A stretch of 64,000 bases of DNA from Candidatus Gottesmanbacteria bacterium UBA6580 (GCA_002433895.1 DJJA01000003.1:511745-575744), one strand, 5' to 3'. Positions 38,226-47,924 are shown, counted from the first letter of the stretch. The notes: generated by a model from the sequence alone, not told the origin. A program made the numbers and translations.

Positions 38226-41200
38226 TGTCAGCACCAGATATTATTAAAAAATATATTGTCGTACCTATCGCACTTTTGTTGTTCTGGCTTATTATTTCGC
38301 TCATTGTGGTTTCTTCCGAGAGTTTTACTGTTTTGACGTATCCGGAAACCAATAACTCTCGTATTGTAAGCACCGACGACGGGTATTTGATGAAAGGACA
38401 AAAGCTAAGAGGTGAGTTTGTCGCCAGACAAGACAATCTTGGTATAGTGTCGGTAAAAGTGGACAAAGTGAGTTATACCGGCGAAGAAGATTTACTCGTA
38501 TTCAGGATAAAAGAGCAAGGCGCAAGCGATTGGCTACACACAAATGAATATAAAGGCGGAATATTTCGGGGGAGCAGAGTTTTTACTTTTGGCTTTCCGA
38601 TAATTGAGTCATCTCGGGGACACACGTATTATTTTGAATTGGAGTCTTTGAAGGGTACTGCCGTCAATGCTATTCAAATTTCGAACGCAAGCCCCATCAT
38701 TACCAGTAGATATAAGTTTTCTAAGAGTGATATTTTAAATACCTCTTTCTTTCCCGAATTCCTGATTGCGAAAGTACACACATTGTTTATTAACACTGAC
38801 CATTTGTCTTCTACGGTGATATTTCTAATGCCGTTTGTTTTGTACATAATGGGGTTGTTATATAACGCCCGCAATATCAGTGTATTTAAAAAATACCAGT
38901 TCATCGCATTGATGGTGGTCTTATTTATTTTTTACGATACTTTTTTCGCGCGACTGCATTTGGAGATAGTCTTTTTTACCTTATTGGCATTTTGGTTATA
39001 TGCCATTCATATAAACAAGATGAGCCACGCAATTTCTTTATATCTGGCACTTCTGATACTCGTGGTGAGCGTTTGTTTTACATATTCTAAAATAGAATTC
39101 TCTATAAACAGGGCGAGCGCATGGATTTACTTCCTTATCCTAATTGCCGGGGTGCAATCTATATATGGCCTATACACACCAGCCGCTGACTTTATGCGGA
39201 ATATAACCTCAAGACTTTTCGCGCCTTTACATAAATTGGCAGCACCGAAGATAGAAGGTACCACGCTATTAGTTATCGTAGTGATGTTATTTATTTACCG
39301 AAATTGGCTCGGGGGAGGCTTACTGACCGCTCCTGATTTTCCCTACTATTTCACCCAGCGGTTTAGTGAAATCAATTGGTTGCCTTCGGCATGGACAAAT
39401 TTAGGCGCCTCAAGCCTTGGCGAGCCGGGGTTAAGCGGGTTAAATCTGAATACGTATGTAAGTATCGGAACGAAGCTTTTTGTGCAGATTTTCCGGATAC
39501 CATGGGACGTAGCGTCACGTATGCTCTTTTTTTGGCCATTTTTACTAGTGGGCGCTCTCTCATCATATTACTGTGGATATTTCATGCTAAAAAACCGATT
39601 ATGGGCAACGTTATCCATGCTTATTTATCTGTCGAATTCCTACATTCTTATGATTGCCGGTGGCGGCCAAGTTGGTATATTTATGGCGTACGCAATAGCT
39701 CCTCTTGTTCTGGGAAGTTTTACGCGGCGTAGTGTTGTGATCTTTACAATCGCGCTAACACTCATATTGTTGTTTGATCTGCGGATAAGTTTGCTTATAT
39801 TCTTTGTCCTGTTTTTGTACGTTATATGCGTCCTACCAGTGAAGGAGTGGTCAGGTGTTATTCGTTTCGGTATATTGCCAGCGGTTATTACACTTGGACT
39901 TCACAGTTTTTGGTTGCTTCCGGTGATAGCCGCGCGCGGCATTACCTTGCCCGGTGATTTTGCAGATCCCAAATGGCTGACGTTTTTAAGTTGGGCGGAG
40001 TTTTCCAAAACACTATCGTTGCTTCATCCAAATTGGCCAGAAAATATTTTCGGAAAAACGTATTTTATGCAACCTGAGTTTTTGTTGTTGCCGATTGCTG
40101 CCTATGGATCGCTATATTTGCTTATCCAAAAACGCAGAGGGATCATACGCGATGTCTCGGTGAATGCTTTCCCGACATACAGGATACTTATCTTTGTCTC
40201 ATTGCTCGGATTAATCGGCGCATTTTTATCCAAAGGGGTAAACCCTCCAATCGGGGAATTGTACCGCTGGATGTTTGAGCATGTACCGTTTTTCAGCGCT
40301 TTCCGTGAACCAACCAAGTTTTATTTGCTGACATCGCTTTCTTATAGCGTGCTTATCCCATGGTCACTTATGGCAGCAACAACATGGATAGAACATAGAT
40401 TTAAATATGTTTCTGCCGCGCCCGTGATAGTGTTTATTTTGTCAGTTATCACTTGGAGCGGGATTATCCGTCAGGTGTTTTTGGGTGAGGTTCGCGGATC
40501 ATTCTCTCGGGTGACAGTGCCGCCCGCATACCAGCAATTTGCAGGACTAGTAACAATGACGCCGGATTTTAGCAGGACTCTTGCAGCTCCATGGAAAAAT
40601 AGATTTATTTACGAATCAGAAAATCATCCGGTAATAAGTGCAAGTGAGGTGTTTCATACGACTGATATACGCACGCTGGCTGACATTCTTGAAACCGCAT
40701 CTGCCGCTGCGACACTCCGGAGGCTGGCAGTCACTCATATTGTTGTGCCTGATGATTTTATGCACGAAATTTTTCTTACTGATCGGCAATATGATCCTAA
40801 TTTGCAGCGTCAGTTAGTTCGTTCTCTTGATAATCAACAGTATTTTCGCAAAAGAGATGATGTAGTTGGGCTTGATGTATACGCCGCCACTTCGGACAGT
40901 GGATTATTTTATGCAGATGATGATAAGGCAAGCACACTGTTTCCCCACTCCATGTATTCGCCGGCAAAGTATATTGTTACTATTCCTGACTACAATACGA
41001 TTTCTCCTATGGTTTTTGCCCAGGGCTATGATCCCGGATGGCGGCTGTGGGACGGAAACACCGTTATGCCGAGTGAAAAAACGGCTGATGGGCTGAACAG
41101 CTTCAGGATAGAGGTGAGTAAGCCAGTAACTGCTGAAGTGTATTATGAGCCGCAGCAATGGGTGGATAAGGGGTACAAGGTTACCGTTTTCATATTCATT

Positions 41201-42232
41201 ATTGTGATGACCGGAATTGTTATCAGGCAATTTAGCAAAATTCTTCCTCTAAAATTCAGTTATTTGGCTTTTATACTTACACTTGGAATGGCATCGTATA
41301 TATGGCGCGGAGGTTTTATTACACCCCGTGAAGTAATTACGGATCCGAATATACGATGGGGTCAGCAGTGGGGGACTGTGTCTGTTGCAGGGTTTACTGA
41401 AAAGGTATCGCGCTACGGGGGAAGCGAGATGCTATTTGTGGTGCCGGGGGGGTCGGGTGTGAAGATTACCATAGCTCAGTACCGCCCTGAACAGGATAAC
41501 GCAGTGCAGATATGGGTAGACGGAAAAGAGCATGCTGTATCAGAGACGGCGAATGTATCCGAACAAACGATACATATTTTAGCGGAAAAACATCCGCGTA
41601 GCGTACGGGTGCGTACATATTGTTCAGGTGATTTATTTTGTCAGACCCGTATCAGATCCATAAAGCTTCATAATAAAGGAAGCCTTGCGAAAGTGAATGA
41701 GGATCCTGTTACAAAAATGGCAGTATTGGGTGATAGTCTTACATCACTATATGGGCACCATAATTATGTGTATAAAATCGCCGATAAGCTAAACTGGCAG
41801 ATTCATAACGCCTCTTTTATCGGTTCTACATTAACGGATCATCCCGGCGTTCTTCCGGGTATTACAAGGCTAAAGAGTGATATCGTTGCCATAAAGCCTG
41901 ATGTTATCGTGTTGGCCTTGGGGACGAACGACGCGATCCAACGGGTTCCAATTGATGAGTTTGTCCGCACATATGAACAGATGATTGCTGATATACGGGA
42001 GTCGCTGCCTAACGTGAAGATGTATTCGGTAGGGTTACTGGCAAACTACGCAGGAGTAATTCCAGTGGTTGATGGGTATAATAATGCGATAAAGGCTGTG
42101 AGCAAAGCACAAAATGTGTCATATATTCCTATGAACATGATTTTACAAAAGTATGATTTTGTGGATACGATCCATCCGTCAGAAGAAGCGCAGGAAAAAA
42201 TGGCTGAACACGTATTAACATTTATCGAATAA
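38222..42232 (+). CDS. Giant membrane protein: N-terminal extracytoplasmic domain, YfhO-like multi-TM core, YDPGW beta-domain, and C-terminal SGNH/GDSL hydrolase domain
   Basis: 1336 aa. Hydrophobic core from about aa 190 to 760. AQGYDPGWRLWDGN motif and a TM at about aa 975. The C-terminus reads KMAVLGDSLTSLYG...VIVLALGTNDA...VDTIHPSEEAQEKMAEHV, matching SGNH blocks I, III and V (Ser, Gly/Asn, Asp-x-x-His). Confidence 0.6.
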   Translation: MMSAPDIIKKYIVVPIALLLFWLIISLIVVSSESFTVLTYPETNNSRIVSTDDGYLMKGQKLRGEFVARQDNLGIVSVKVDKVSYTGEEDLLVFRIKEQGASDWLHTNEYKGGIFRGSRVFTFGFPIIESSRGHTYYFELESLKGTAVNAIQISNASPIITSRYKFSKSDILNTSFFPEFLIAKVHTLFINTDHLSSTVIFLMPFVLYIMGLLYNARNISVFKKYQFIALMVVLFIFYDTFFARLHLEIVFFTLLAFWLYAIHINKMSHAISLYLALLILVVSVCFTYSKIEFSINRASAWIYFLILIAGVQSIYGLYTPAADFMRNITSRLFAPLHKLAAPKIEGTTLLVIVVMLFIYRNWLGGGLLTAPDFPYYFTQRFSEINWLPSAWTNLGASSLGEPGLSGLNLNTYVSIGTKLFVQIFRIPWDVASRMLFFWPFLLVGALSSYYCGYFMLKNRLWATLSMLIYLSNSYILMIAGGGQVGIFMAYAIAPLVLGSFTRRSVVIFTIALTLILLFDLRISLLIFFVLFLYVICVLPVKEWSGVIRFGILPAVITLGLHSFWLLPVIAARGITLPGDFADPKWLTFLSWAEFSKTLSLLHPNWPENIFGKTYFMQPEFLLLPIAAYGSLYLLIQKRRGIIRDVSVNAFPTYRILIFVSLLGLIGAFLSKGVNPPIGELYRWMFEHVPFFSAFREPTKFYLLTSLSYSVLIPWSLMAATTWIEHRFKYVSAAPVIVFILSVITWSGIIRQVFLGEVRGSFSRVTVPPAYQQFAGLVTMTPDFSRTLAAPWKNRFIYESENHPVISASEVFHTTDIRTLADILETASAAATLRRLAVTHIVVPDDFMHEIFLTDRQYDPNLQRQLVRSLDNQQYFRKRDDVVGLDVYAATSDSGLFYADDDKASTLFPHSMYSPAKYIVTIPDYNTISPMVFAQGYDPGWRLWDGNTVMPSEKTADGLNSFRIEVSKPVTAEVYYEPQQWVDKGYKVTVFIFIIVMTGIVIRQFSKILPLKFSYLAFILTLGMASYIWRGGFITPREVITDPNIRWGQQWGTVSVAGFTEKVSRYGGSEMLFVVPGGSGVKITIAQYRPEQDNAVQIWVDGKEHAVSETANVSEQTIHILAEKHPRSVRVRTYCSGDLFCQTRIRSIKLHNKGSLAKVNEDPVTKMAVLGDSLTSLYGHHNYVYKIADKLNWQIHNASFIGSTLTDHPGVLPGITRLKSDIVAIKPDVIVLALGTNDAIQRVPIDEFVRTYEQMIADIRESLPNVKMYSVGLLANYAGVIPVVDGYNNAIKAVSKAQNVSYIPMNMILQKYDFVDTIHPSEEAQEKMAEHVLTFIE

Positions 42233-42243
42233 TAATTTTACAT

Positions 42244-43914
42244 ATGATATCTTTGCTCAGAAAATTCCTTTTTGTATTTTTTATATTTTTCTTGATTATT
42301 TTTGTAGTTACGTACGGTTTGTTACGTGGATACTTTCAGCAGGATGAGTGGCTGGGGATAGCATTGACTATCAAAGCCTTTAGTCTGCCATGGTGGGATA
42401 TTTTCGTTCCTGGAAATTTGCATTTTTCACCGTTGGGTCAAGCTATCTGGCGATCAATGTACAATGTGTTCGAGCTTCGGGCAGAATATTATTTCATCGC
42501 TCAGCTGATTGTTCACGTGAGTACATCAACACTTGTCTATATCCTGACAGAAAGACTGACGAAGAAGAAAGGGGTGGCAGCAATCACCGGACTGTTGTTT
42601 TTATTAAACGGTCGGGCACACCAGGCATTTACTCACTTAGCGATTTTCCATGTGACGACGACCGCCATGATGTTTATATTACTATTTTTTGTTTATTTAT
42701 CCGGTTTAAAAGAATATGTGATACGGGCTGGGCAGGGATTGATGTTATTTTTGATTTTTTTGGCCGCCGTGTGCACCAGGGAAGAGGGGTATATGCTTAT
42801 CCCGCTTTTTGCTGCGTACCTGTGGTGTTTTGACCGAAAGAAAATTAGCTGGCAAAACGCAAAATTTTATAGTTTGTTTACATTGGGGGTGGGAGCGTTT
42901 ACGGCATTCCGGTTATTCGCGCAGACGTTATATACTACGCCCATACCTATCCAGTATCAGGTGACCGGCGCCGGCGCTGAATACAACATTGTTACCCTAC
43001 CGTTTAAATTTATCGTACAGAACTTAATCTATTCTGAACGAATAGGGTTATTTATGCTCGCAAACACCCAAAAATTGTATCCCGCCATAGAGTCGTTTTT
43101 CACCAGTCACGCGCCGATGTATGACGCAGGATTTTTCTATGTGTATAGCGTTATAGCCAGTGTTGCGGCGCTGTGGTTATGGTTGGTGAGACCCAAAGGC
43201 TTAGAGCCATTAGCGCTGTTTTTTGCGGTATGGATAATGACCAATGCTGCAGTCCTCGCATTCGTTGGCAGGCACATATCGGTGTTGGAGCCGCGATATT
43301 TGTACTACTCGGCGTTTCCGGTACTGTGTATGACGGGAGTATTTATTCACTCGTTATTTACCTATAAAGGAAAGATGCGCATAGTGGAGCTTGGCACCAA
43401 AGCATTTTCAGTTGCACTACTCGTGGCACTGTTACTCACGTCATTTCAGGAAATACGTGACGTGGTAAATAAGCAGTATAGGGACGGAGTTGCAAAGAAG
43501 CAAATTTTTTCCAGTCTTATGAAAGTGCACCCGGAACTTTCTGATAATACTATTTTTTACCTGCAGTGCAGCAAGCCGTGTTATAGGAACCGTGAATTCG
43601 GTGCGGATGTGCGAAATATTCTTCCGTTTTCATCGGGCCCTGGTATGATATTTTTGGTTCACTATGCCGTAGGACAGGAAAAAAAGTGGGGTGACTTTTT
43701 CACACAAACATTTTTGTTTGATACATATGCTGAGGATTATAAGAAAATTGGCAATCGAAGCTTCGGCTATTTCACGACTAAAGAAAAACTAGAAAAAACG
43801 CTTCGGGATAACAATCTTTCTGAGGATATCGTCGTGGCTTTAGAAGTGAACGAACAGGATTATACTTTTACTGACATATCAGAATCATTCAGAAAAACAT
43901 TAACAATTAACTGA
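42244..43914 (+). CDS. Polytopic membrane protein, GT-C candidate
   Basis: 556 aa, multi-TM. N-terminal loop YFQQDEWLGIALTIKAF, then a C-terminal soluble region. Confidence 0.4.
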   Translation: MISLLRKFLFVFFIFFLIIFVVTYGLLRGYFQQDEWLGIALTIKAFSLPWWDIFVPGNLHFSPLGQAIWRSMYNVFELRAEYYFIAQLIVHVSTSTLVYILTERLTKKKGVAAITGLLFLLNGRAHQAFTHLAIFHVTTTAMMFILLFFVYLSGLKEYVIRAGQGLMLFLIFLAAVCTREEGYMLIPLFAAYLWCFDRKKISWQNAKFYSLFTLGVGAFTAFRLFAQTLYTTPIPIQYQVTGAGAEYNIVTLPFKFIVQNLIYSERIGLFMLANTQKLYPAIESFFTSHAPMYDAGFFYVYSVIASVAALWLWLVRPKGLEPLALFFAVWIMTNAAVLAFVGRHISVLEPRYLYYSAFPVLCMTGVFIHSLFTYKGKMRIVELGTKAFSVALLVALLLTSFQEIRDVVNKQYRDGVAKKQIFSSLMKVHPELSDNTIFYLQCSKPCYRNREFGADVRNILPFSSGPGMIFLVHYAVGQEKKWGDFFTQTFLFDTYAEDYKKIGNRSFGYFTTKEKLEKTLRDNNLSEDIVVALEVNEQDYTFTDISESFRKTLTIN

Positions 43915-43918
43915 CTTT

Positions 43919-44533
43919 TCATTTAATTTTTTCTGCGATCACAAACATTCCATGTGAGAGAGGTCTGATGCGCCCGTACTGATTGTATTCCAGAACTCGA
44001 AAACCGTGCGATTCGACCATTTTTATTAAACTTTTCTTGGTAAAAAATCGAATGTGTGGGGTTGTTGGTTCGTAGACGATATCAAATCCAATAAGTGCGA
44101 TAACAATATTTTTTATAAGACCGTGATAAGGAGTGCTGATAAATATTTTGCCGCCATTTTTTAAAATTCTATTCATTTGTGTTAGAAAAATTCTGGCATC
44201 AAAAATATGCTCAATAACATCCCCAGCTATAACATAATCGACCGAATTACTTTTTACGGGAATTTTTTCATCACCTGAAATTCGATAAAATGTTACATCG
44301 GGAAATCTTTTTTTTGCTTTTTTGAGTGCGTATTCTGAGATATCGGCACCGATCATCTTATATGTGCCTACGTCTGAGATGGCCTGAATATACCGACCGT
44401 CTCCGCAACCAAAATCGAGAATAGTACTGTTTTTCTTGGGAAGTGTGCGTTTTATGTTTGGCCACTTCCATTTGAAGTCATTACTGACTCCTATGGCGCC
44501 GTCTTTCCACCATTGATCATAGAATTTTTTCAT
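43919..44533 (-). CDS. Class I SAM-dependent methyltransferase
   Basis: Contains ILDFGCGDGRYIQAISDVG...VIAGDVIEHIFDARIFLTQMNRILKNGGKIFISTP. Convergent with the upstream + gene, with only 4 bp between the two stops. Confidence 0.75.
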   Translation of the reverse strand: MKKFYDQWWKDGAIGVSNDFKWKWPNIKRTLPKKNSTILDFGCGDGRYIQAISDVGTYKMIGADISEYALKKAKKRFPDVTFYRISGDEKIPVKSNSVDYVIAGDVIEHIFDARIFLTQMNRILKNGGKIFISTPYHGLIKNIVIALIGFDIVYEPTTPHIRFFTKKSLIKMVESHGFRVLEYNQYGRIRPLSHGMFVIAEKIK

Positions 44534-44558
44534 GGTGAATAGTATAGCAGTTTGTATG

Positions 44559-45611
44559 TTAATCTTCTCGCTGAGTATTTCCTATTCCATAGGTACCGGT
44601 TGTTTTGGTGATGCCCAATAGGTACAGCGATGCTTCCTTTAATATGAGCCCGGTAAGTAATAGGCATGCGATTGGATGCCAGAATACTACGGGGTCTCGA
44701 TATAAGCGAAATAACTGTATAGTGTCCAATACCGGAAAGATAAACGAAACTGAATAAAATGGAAACAGAATCTGCCTGGCTTTTCGCATTGGACTAAAAT
44801 ATTTTTGTCGGTTAACAATCCCCATGCCTTTCACCTTTTGCAAGAAGTTATTTCTTATTCTCCATGCATATTTTTTAAGAAATTCACCGATATTGGAAAC
44901 ATGATAATGATATATACCGGCCGATGGAACATACGCAACCAAACCCTCTTTTATTAGCTTTATCCCCGATAATATATCATCATTATGACCGATACTTTCC
45001 CTTTTGAAACCCGACATTGTTCCGAATCCCTGTGACAAACCAAGTAGTGGGTGATTCATGGGGTCAAATTTATAAATTGCATACTCAGTCGTCCGTTTTA
45101 TCGGTGTATACAAATTCCCATATGTGCGGGGAGTAGAGGCCCAGCGATAAACAAACCAGGTGAATGGATCAGTTGAGATGTATCCCATATACCGATCAAA
45201 TGAATTCCAGTTCGGTGGGGGAATTGTTTGCGATAGGAATCCCAGAATGTGCATGTGCCTGTTTTCCATGTGGGCACGAACCATTCCTGAGACCCATTCT
45301 GTCGATGATAGCTCATTGTCGGCGTCGGTAAAGAAAAGAATTTCTCCGGTCGCCACTTCGGACGCCCGCGCTTTTCCCGGCTCGTGGAGGACTTCGGGAT
45401 TTTTGATAATGACCGCTTTATATTTTTTCGCAATAGTCAGCGTTTCATCAGTGGAGCCGCCATCCGCAACAATAATTTCAATTTTGTTTTGCGGATAGTT
45501 TTGTGCACGGATAGCACGGAGGCACTGCGGCAAATACCGGGAGGCGTTGAGCGTCGGGATGATAAACGAAACTATAGGTAGCGACAGTTGGCGCACGTGA
45601 GTTTTTTTCAT
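44559..45611 (-). CDS. GT2-family glycosyltransferase with C-terminal membrane anchor
   Basis: Opens VSFIIPTLNASRYLPQCLRAIRAQNY...IEIIVADGGSTDET and carries FFTDADNEL. C-terminal hydrophobic helices. Confidence 0.8.
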   Translation of the reverse strand: MKKTHVRQLSLPIVSFIIPTLNASRYLPQCLRAIRAQNYPQNKIEIIVADGGSTDETLTIAKKYKAVIIKNPEVLHEPGKARASEVATGEILFFTDADNELSSTEWVSGMVRAHMENRHMHILGFLSQTIPPPNWNSFDRYMGYISTDPFTWFVYRWASTPRTYGNLYTPIKRTTEYAIYKFDPMNHPLLGLSQGFGTMSGFKRESIGHNDDILSGIKLIKEGLVAYVPSAGIYHYHVSNIGEFLKKYAWRIRNNFLQKVKGMGIVNRQKYFSPMRKARQILFPFYSVSFIFPVLDTIQLFRLYRDPVVFWHPIACLLLTGLILKEASLYLLGITKTTGTYGIGNTQRED

Positions 45612-45739
45612 ATGGGCGAAAAATAATTGAGGCGCGTGACAACTATATGCGCCGAACTATATAATAGTCTATTCGTATAAAGAATAATATCCGTGAGTCG
45701 TCCTATTAGAGTGGGTTAAATTTCTACTGTTGTCTGAGC
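45612..45739. promoter_or_regulatory. AT-rich divergent promoter region between the minus-strand GT2 gene and the plus-strand GT4 gene
   Basis: 128-bp gap that is the only sizeable intergenic region in the central part of the window. It contains TATATAAT, TATAAAG and TAATAT boxes and a GCGCGTGAC...ATGCGC palindrome. Confidence 0.4.
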
Positions 45740-46912
45740 ATGAAGCGTCGAACACCGAAGACCATAGTATACGTGAATTACTCTCCGTATGAAAATGCGG
45801 GGAAAATACTGGATTATCTCCTGGGGCAGTACTCGGTTGTGTGTCTTTTTTCCTTTAGTTTTTACCGTCTGTCAAACCGAACGAGTTACAACACGCTTCA
45901 GATATATAAAAACGGTTCACTTTCGGAGACCTACCCGTTATTTCAGATTCCCGTAATACCCAAGCTCATATTTTTGTTTTTACCGGTTCAGTCGATCATT
46001 ACGTTTCTTGATATCGTTTTTTACTCACGCATGCTTAAAGCGAAGTTTAAAACGTTGGATCTGTACTTTACGGTGAATGCGTTTACCGCGTGGGTCGGAC
46101 TTTTATTAAAGAAAATCAACGTTGTGAAAAAGACAATGTTTTGGGTATGGGATTATTATCCGCTCACAAAAGAAAAATCGATTGTCATGCTCATGCGTCA
46201 CTTTTACTGGCAATTCGATAAGGTGAGTTCCCACTCGGACATCGTCGTGTTTCAGAATAAGATGCTTTTGGATTTACGTAAACGAATGGGAATATACCCC
46301 AGAACTTCGGCATACGCTATCGTCCCGTTAGGAACTGATAAAATTGCCTATTCATATACCCACAAAAAATTTACCCGAAATACGCTTGTATTCGGGTTTA
46401 TTGGGGTACTTAAAAAAAGTCAGGGAATTGAAATAGTTTTTAACAATGCCGCAGCGCTTAAGAAAATATACGGTGAGGTGCGATATGAAATAGTCGGCTC
46501 CGGTCCTGATGAAGAATATCTGAAATTAATTGCCAAACGCTCCGGTATAAACGCGACGTTTCATGGCTACCTCGAGGGGGAAACGTTTAATGAGGTACTG
46601 CGCGCTACCGATATCGGGATTGCGACGTATGTACCGGATAAAGGGAACGTGTCTCCGTATGGTGACCCGGGTAAAATTAAGCGGTATTTAAGCTTGGGAA
46701 TTCCCGTGATAACTACCGATGTTCATCAGTTGGCGGGGGATATCGAAAAGTCCGGTGCCGGTATGGTGGTTGAATTTTCGAGCTCGCGATCGTTTATGGG
46801 AGCCGTCAAAACAATTTTGGGTAAACACGCGTCGTTTAGTAAGCAAGCATATAATTTTAATCAGCGCTTTTATTATAAAAAAATATACAGAGAAATGTTC
46901 CGCAATATATAA
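45740..46912 (+). CDS. GT4-like glycosyltransferase
   Basis: The C-terminal half has a GT4 fold signature (...VGSGPDEEYLK...LSLGIPVITTDV). Confidence 0.55.
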   Translation: MKRRTPKTIVYVNYSPYENAGKILDYLLGQYSVVCLFSFSFYRLSNRTSYNTLQIYKNGSLSETYPLFQIPVIPKLIFLFLPVQSIITFLDIVFYSRMLKAKFKTLDLYFTVNAFTAWVGLLLKKINVVKKTMFWVWDYYPLTKEKSIVMLMRHFYWQFDKVSSHSDIVVFQNKMLLDLRKRMGIYPRTSAYAIVPLGTDKIAYSYTHKKFTRNTLVFGFIGVLKKSQGIEIVFNNAAALKKIYGEVRYEIVGSGPDEEYLKLIAKRSGINATFHGYLEGETFNEVLRATDIGIATYVPDKGNVSPYGDPGKIKRYLSLGIPVITTDVHQLAGDIEKSGAGMVVEFSSSRSFMGAVKTILGKHASFSKQAYNFNQRFYYKKIYREMFRNI

Positions 46913-46961
46913 GTACGTGCAGCACGGAATGAATATATAGTCGTTGTGTTACAATTTATAT

Positions 46962-47921
46962 ATGAATGAATTGCAAAGTAGTGGCAAGCCGGTTTGTGTT
47001 GTCACCGGCGCGGCTGGATTTATTGGTAGTCATGTAGTGGACGCGCTGCTAAAAAAAGGCTACAAAGTTTTTGCGTTGGATAATTTATTGACCGGAAACG
47101 AAAAAAATCTCACTGAAGCTGAAAAAAATCCTGATTTTACATTCATTAATTTCGACGTAACGCGTGAGCTTCCGGTGTTGGGACCCATCAATTATATTTA
47201 TCACCTGGCATCTCCCGCGTCGGTTCCTGATTACCAAAAGTATCCCGAAGAAACTGCGTTGGTAAATACCGTGGGAACTCGTGGACTTTTGAAGGTCGCA
47301 AAAGCGCACAACGCGAAGTTTTTATTCACTTCCACCTCAGAGGTGTATGGAGATCCCAAGGAGCATCCGCAAAAAGAAACGTATTGGGGTAATGTTAATC
47401 CAAATGGCGTGCGGGCTTGTTATGATGAAGCAAAACGGTTTGGGGAAATGATGACGATGCTCTATGTCAGAAATCAAGGAGTAGACGCGCGGATCGCGCG
47501 TATTTTTAACACGTACGGCCCCAGAATGCGGCCAACAGACGGGCGGGTAATTTCTAACTTTATTAATCAGGCGATACAAAGCAAACCGATGACGGTATAT
47601 GGCGATGGGATGCAGACACGGTCTCTTTGTTTTGTGTCCGATATGGTTTCGGGACTTATCGCGCTTATGGAAAGCGAAAAGACAAAAGGTGAAGTGGTCA
47701 ATCTTGGTAATCCTGAAGAATACACGATGGGGGATTTGGCGGCAAAGATAAAAATGATGACGGGTTCTGATTCGGAAATCACGCATACTGATCTGCCTCC
47801 CGATGACCCGACGAAGCGGCGGCCGGACATTACCAAGGCCAAAACGCTGCTCGGATGGGAGCCGCAGGTCCGGGTGGAAACAGGCTTAACGGAAACTATT
47901 GCTTACTACAAGACGTTATAA
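46962..47921 (+). CDS. uxs: UDP-glucuronate decarboxylase (UDP-xylose synthase)
   Basis: Collinear with UXS enzymes as recalled from memory: VVTGAAGFIGSHVVD; IYHLASPASVPDYQKYPEETALVNTVGTRGLL; TSTSEVYGDPKEHPQKETYWGNVNPNGVRACYDEAKRFGE; RIARIFNTYGPRM...DGRVISNFINQA...PMTVYGDGMQTRS. The ORF-track start at 46944 is a TTG. ATG 46962 is preferred. Confidence 0.85.
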   Translation: MNELQSSGKPVCVVTGAAGFIGSHVVDALLKKGYKVFALDNLLTGNEKNLTEAEKNPDFTFINFDVTRELPVLGPINYIYHLASPASVPDYQKYPEETALVNTVGTRGLLKVAKAHNAKFLFTSTSEVYGDPKEHPQKETYWGNVNPNGVRACYDEAKRFGEMMTMLYVRNQGVDARIARIFNTYGPRMRPTDGRVISNFINQAIQSKPMTVYGDGMQTRSLCFVSDMVSGLIALMESEKTKGEVVNLGNPEEYTMGDLAAKIKMMTGSDSEITHTDLPPDDPTKRRPDITKAKTLLGWEPQVRVETGLTETIAYYKTL

Positions 47922-47924
47922 TTT

